DNA from: Thermoplasmata archaeon
GTDB taxonomy: Archaea > Thermoplasmatota > SW-10-69-26 > JACQPN01 > JAJPHT01
NCBI GenBank assembly: GCA_034667685.1
Contig: JAXDQU010000079.1
Coordinates: forward strand, 33,891-97,890
Direction: 5' to 3'
DNA: 64,000 nucleotides
Made by a program: the position numbers and the translations under genes. The notes below the pieces were generated by a model. The model had not been told where the DNA came from. It saw nothing but the letters and a program-made list of their open reading frames with translations, and did no database searches. Position 1 is the first letter of the stretch, and the number at the start of each line of letters is the position of its first letter. Positions 63,579 to 64,000 of this stretch are shown here, piece by piece.

Positions 63579-63949
63579 CGCCGCCGCCGGACCAGGAGCG
63601 CCCCGACGAGCAGCGCTCCGAGCGGCACGAGCCACGAGAACGGCACGCGGTGGTCGCGCGCCCGCGCCTCGGCCTGGAGCTGCGACGCGTGCAGCAGGAC
63701 CCAGCCGTCGTAGAGCAGCGAGGCCGCGACGAAGGCCGCCAGCGTGCCCACGAGCGCGAGGTAGGGCGCCCCCGCGTGCCGCCCGCCCACGGCCGCGCCC
63801 GCGATGAGCGCGCCCGCCGCCGCGAAGGCAAGGAGGAAGGCCGCGCCGCCGAAGGCGTCCGCCGAGATCGCGAGCACGGGCGAGGTCGCCATCCGCTGCG
63901 TCTCGCCGATGAGGACCGACGCCACGAGCGCGCCGGCGCCCGCGCCCAC
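63575..63949 (-). CDS. Membrane protein, hypothetical. It may extend beyond the window edge
   Basis: Gly/Ala-rich TM helices. The ORF is near the window end. Confidence 0.35.
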   Translation of the reverse strand: MGAGAGALVASVLIGETQRMATSPVLAISADAFGGAAFLLAFAAAGALIAGAAVGGRHAGAPYLALVGTLAAFVAASLLYDGWVLLHASQLQAEARARDHRVPFSWLVPLGALLVGALLVRRRR

Positions 63950-64000
63950 GCCCCACGCGGCCCAGGTCGGCCCCTGCGTCTCGACGCGGCGCGAGGCGCC

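Overview
This 64 kb window is about 70% GC and densely coding, and several marker genes point to an archaeon rather than a bacterium. The ribosomal protein S10 is of the archaeal/eukaryotic type, an Elp3 tRNA-modification enzyme is present, transketolase is split into N- and C-terminal subunit genes, and there is a LysW-dependent lysine biosynthesis cluster (lysW–homocitrate synthase–lysX–lysY–lysZ–lysJ–DedA–lysK). A T-tract terminator and AT-rich TATA-like boxes close to start codons fit the same picture. I found no CRISPR array, rRNA gene or intact transposase.

Other content, in window order: purM, an orphan sensor histidine kinase, a TerC membrane protein, a VapBC toxin–antitoxin pair, lipoyl synthase with a lipoate ligase, and two paralogous BNR-repeat lipoproteins flanking a threonine aldolase. 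These are followed by RlmE, a futalosine-pathway MqnD-like gene and a UbiA-family prenyltransferase separated by a 1100-residue FtsX-type permease, and a FadB-like dehydrogenase/hydratase. Further on come tRNA-Cys, a wHTH regulator–V4R protein–GT2 glycosyltransferase cluster, a three-gene split NHEJ module (LigD ligase, Ku, LigD polymerase domain), a sugar-metabolism island (GT2, HAD phosphatase, GT4 and a divergent GH15 hydrolase), pterin-4a-carbinolamine dehydratase, a MoaD-like protein, acetyl-CoA synthetase flanked by paralogous secreted proteins, and a frameshifted FRG-domain pseudogene.

The most unusual signal is in the non-coding DNA. At least a dozen intergenic loci carry long, near-perfect hairpins whose stems are built from short tandem 6–9 bp repeat units. 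Most sit directly after stop codons; one lies between divergent genes, two more (51145–51251, 34571–34683) sit between gene pairs but are read through by an adjacent ORF, and one is inside the lys operon. Two of them (25394–25481 and 43037–43127) belong to a shared CTCCGCATGCGGAG family, which suggests a MITE-like mobile element. Two sites show a duplication of a gene's 3' end around a small hairpin. The palindromic 8-mer TGATATCA is roughly 100-fold over-represented and always sits in frame as NNT-GAT-ATC-A.
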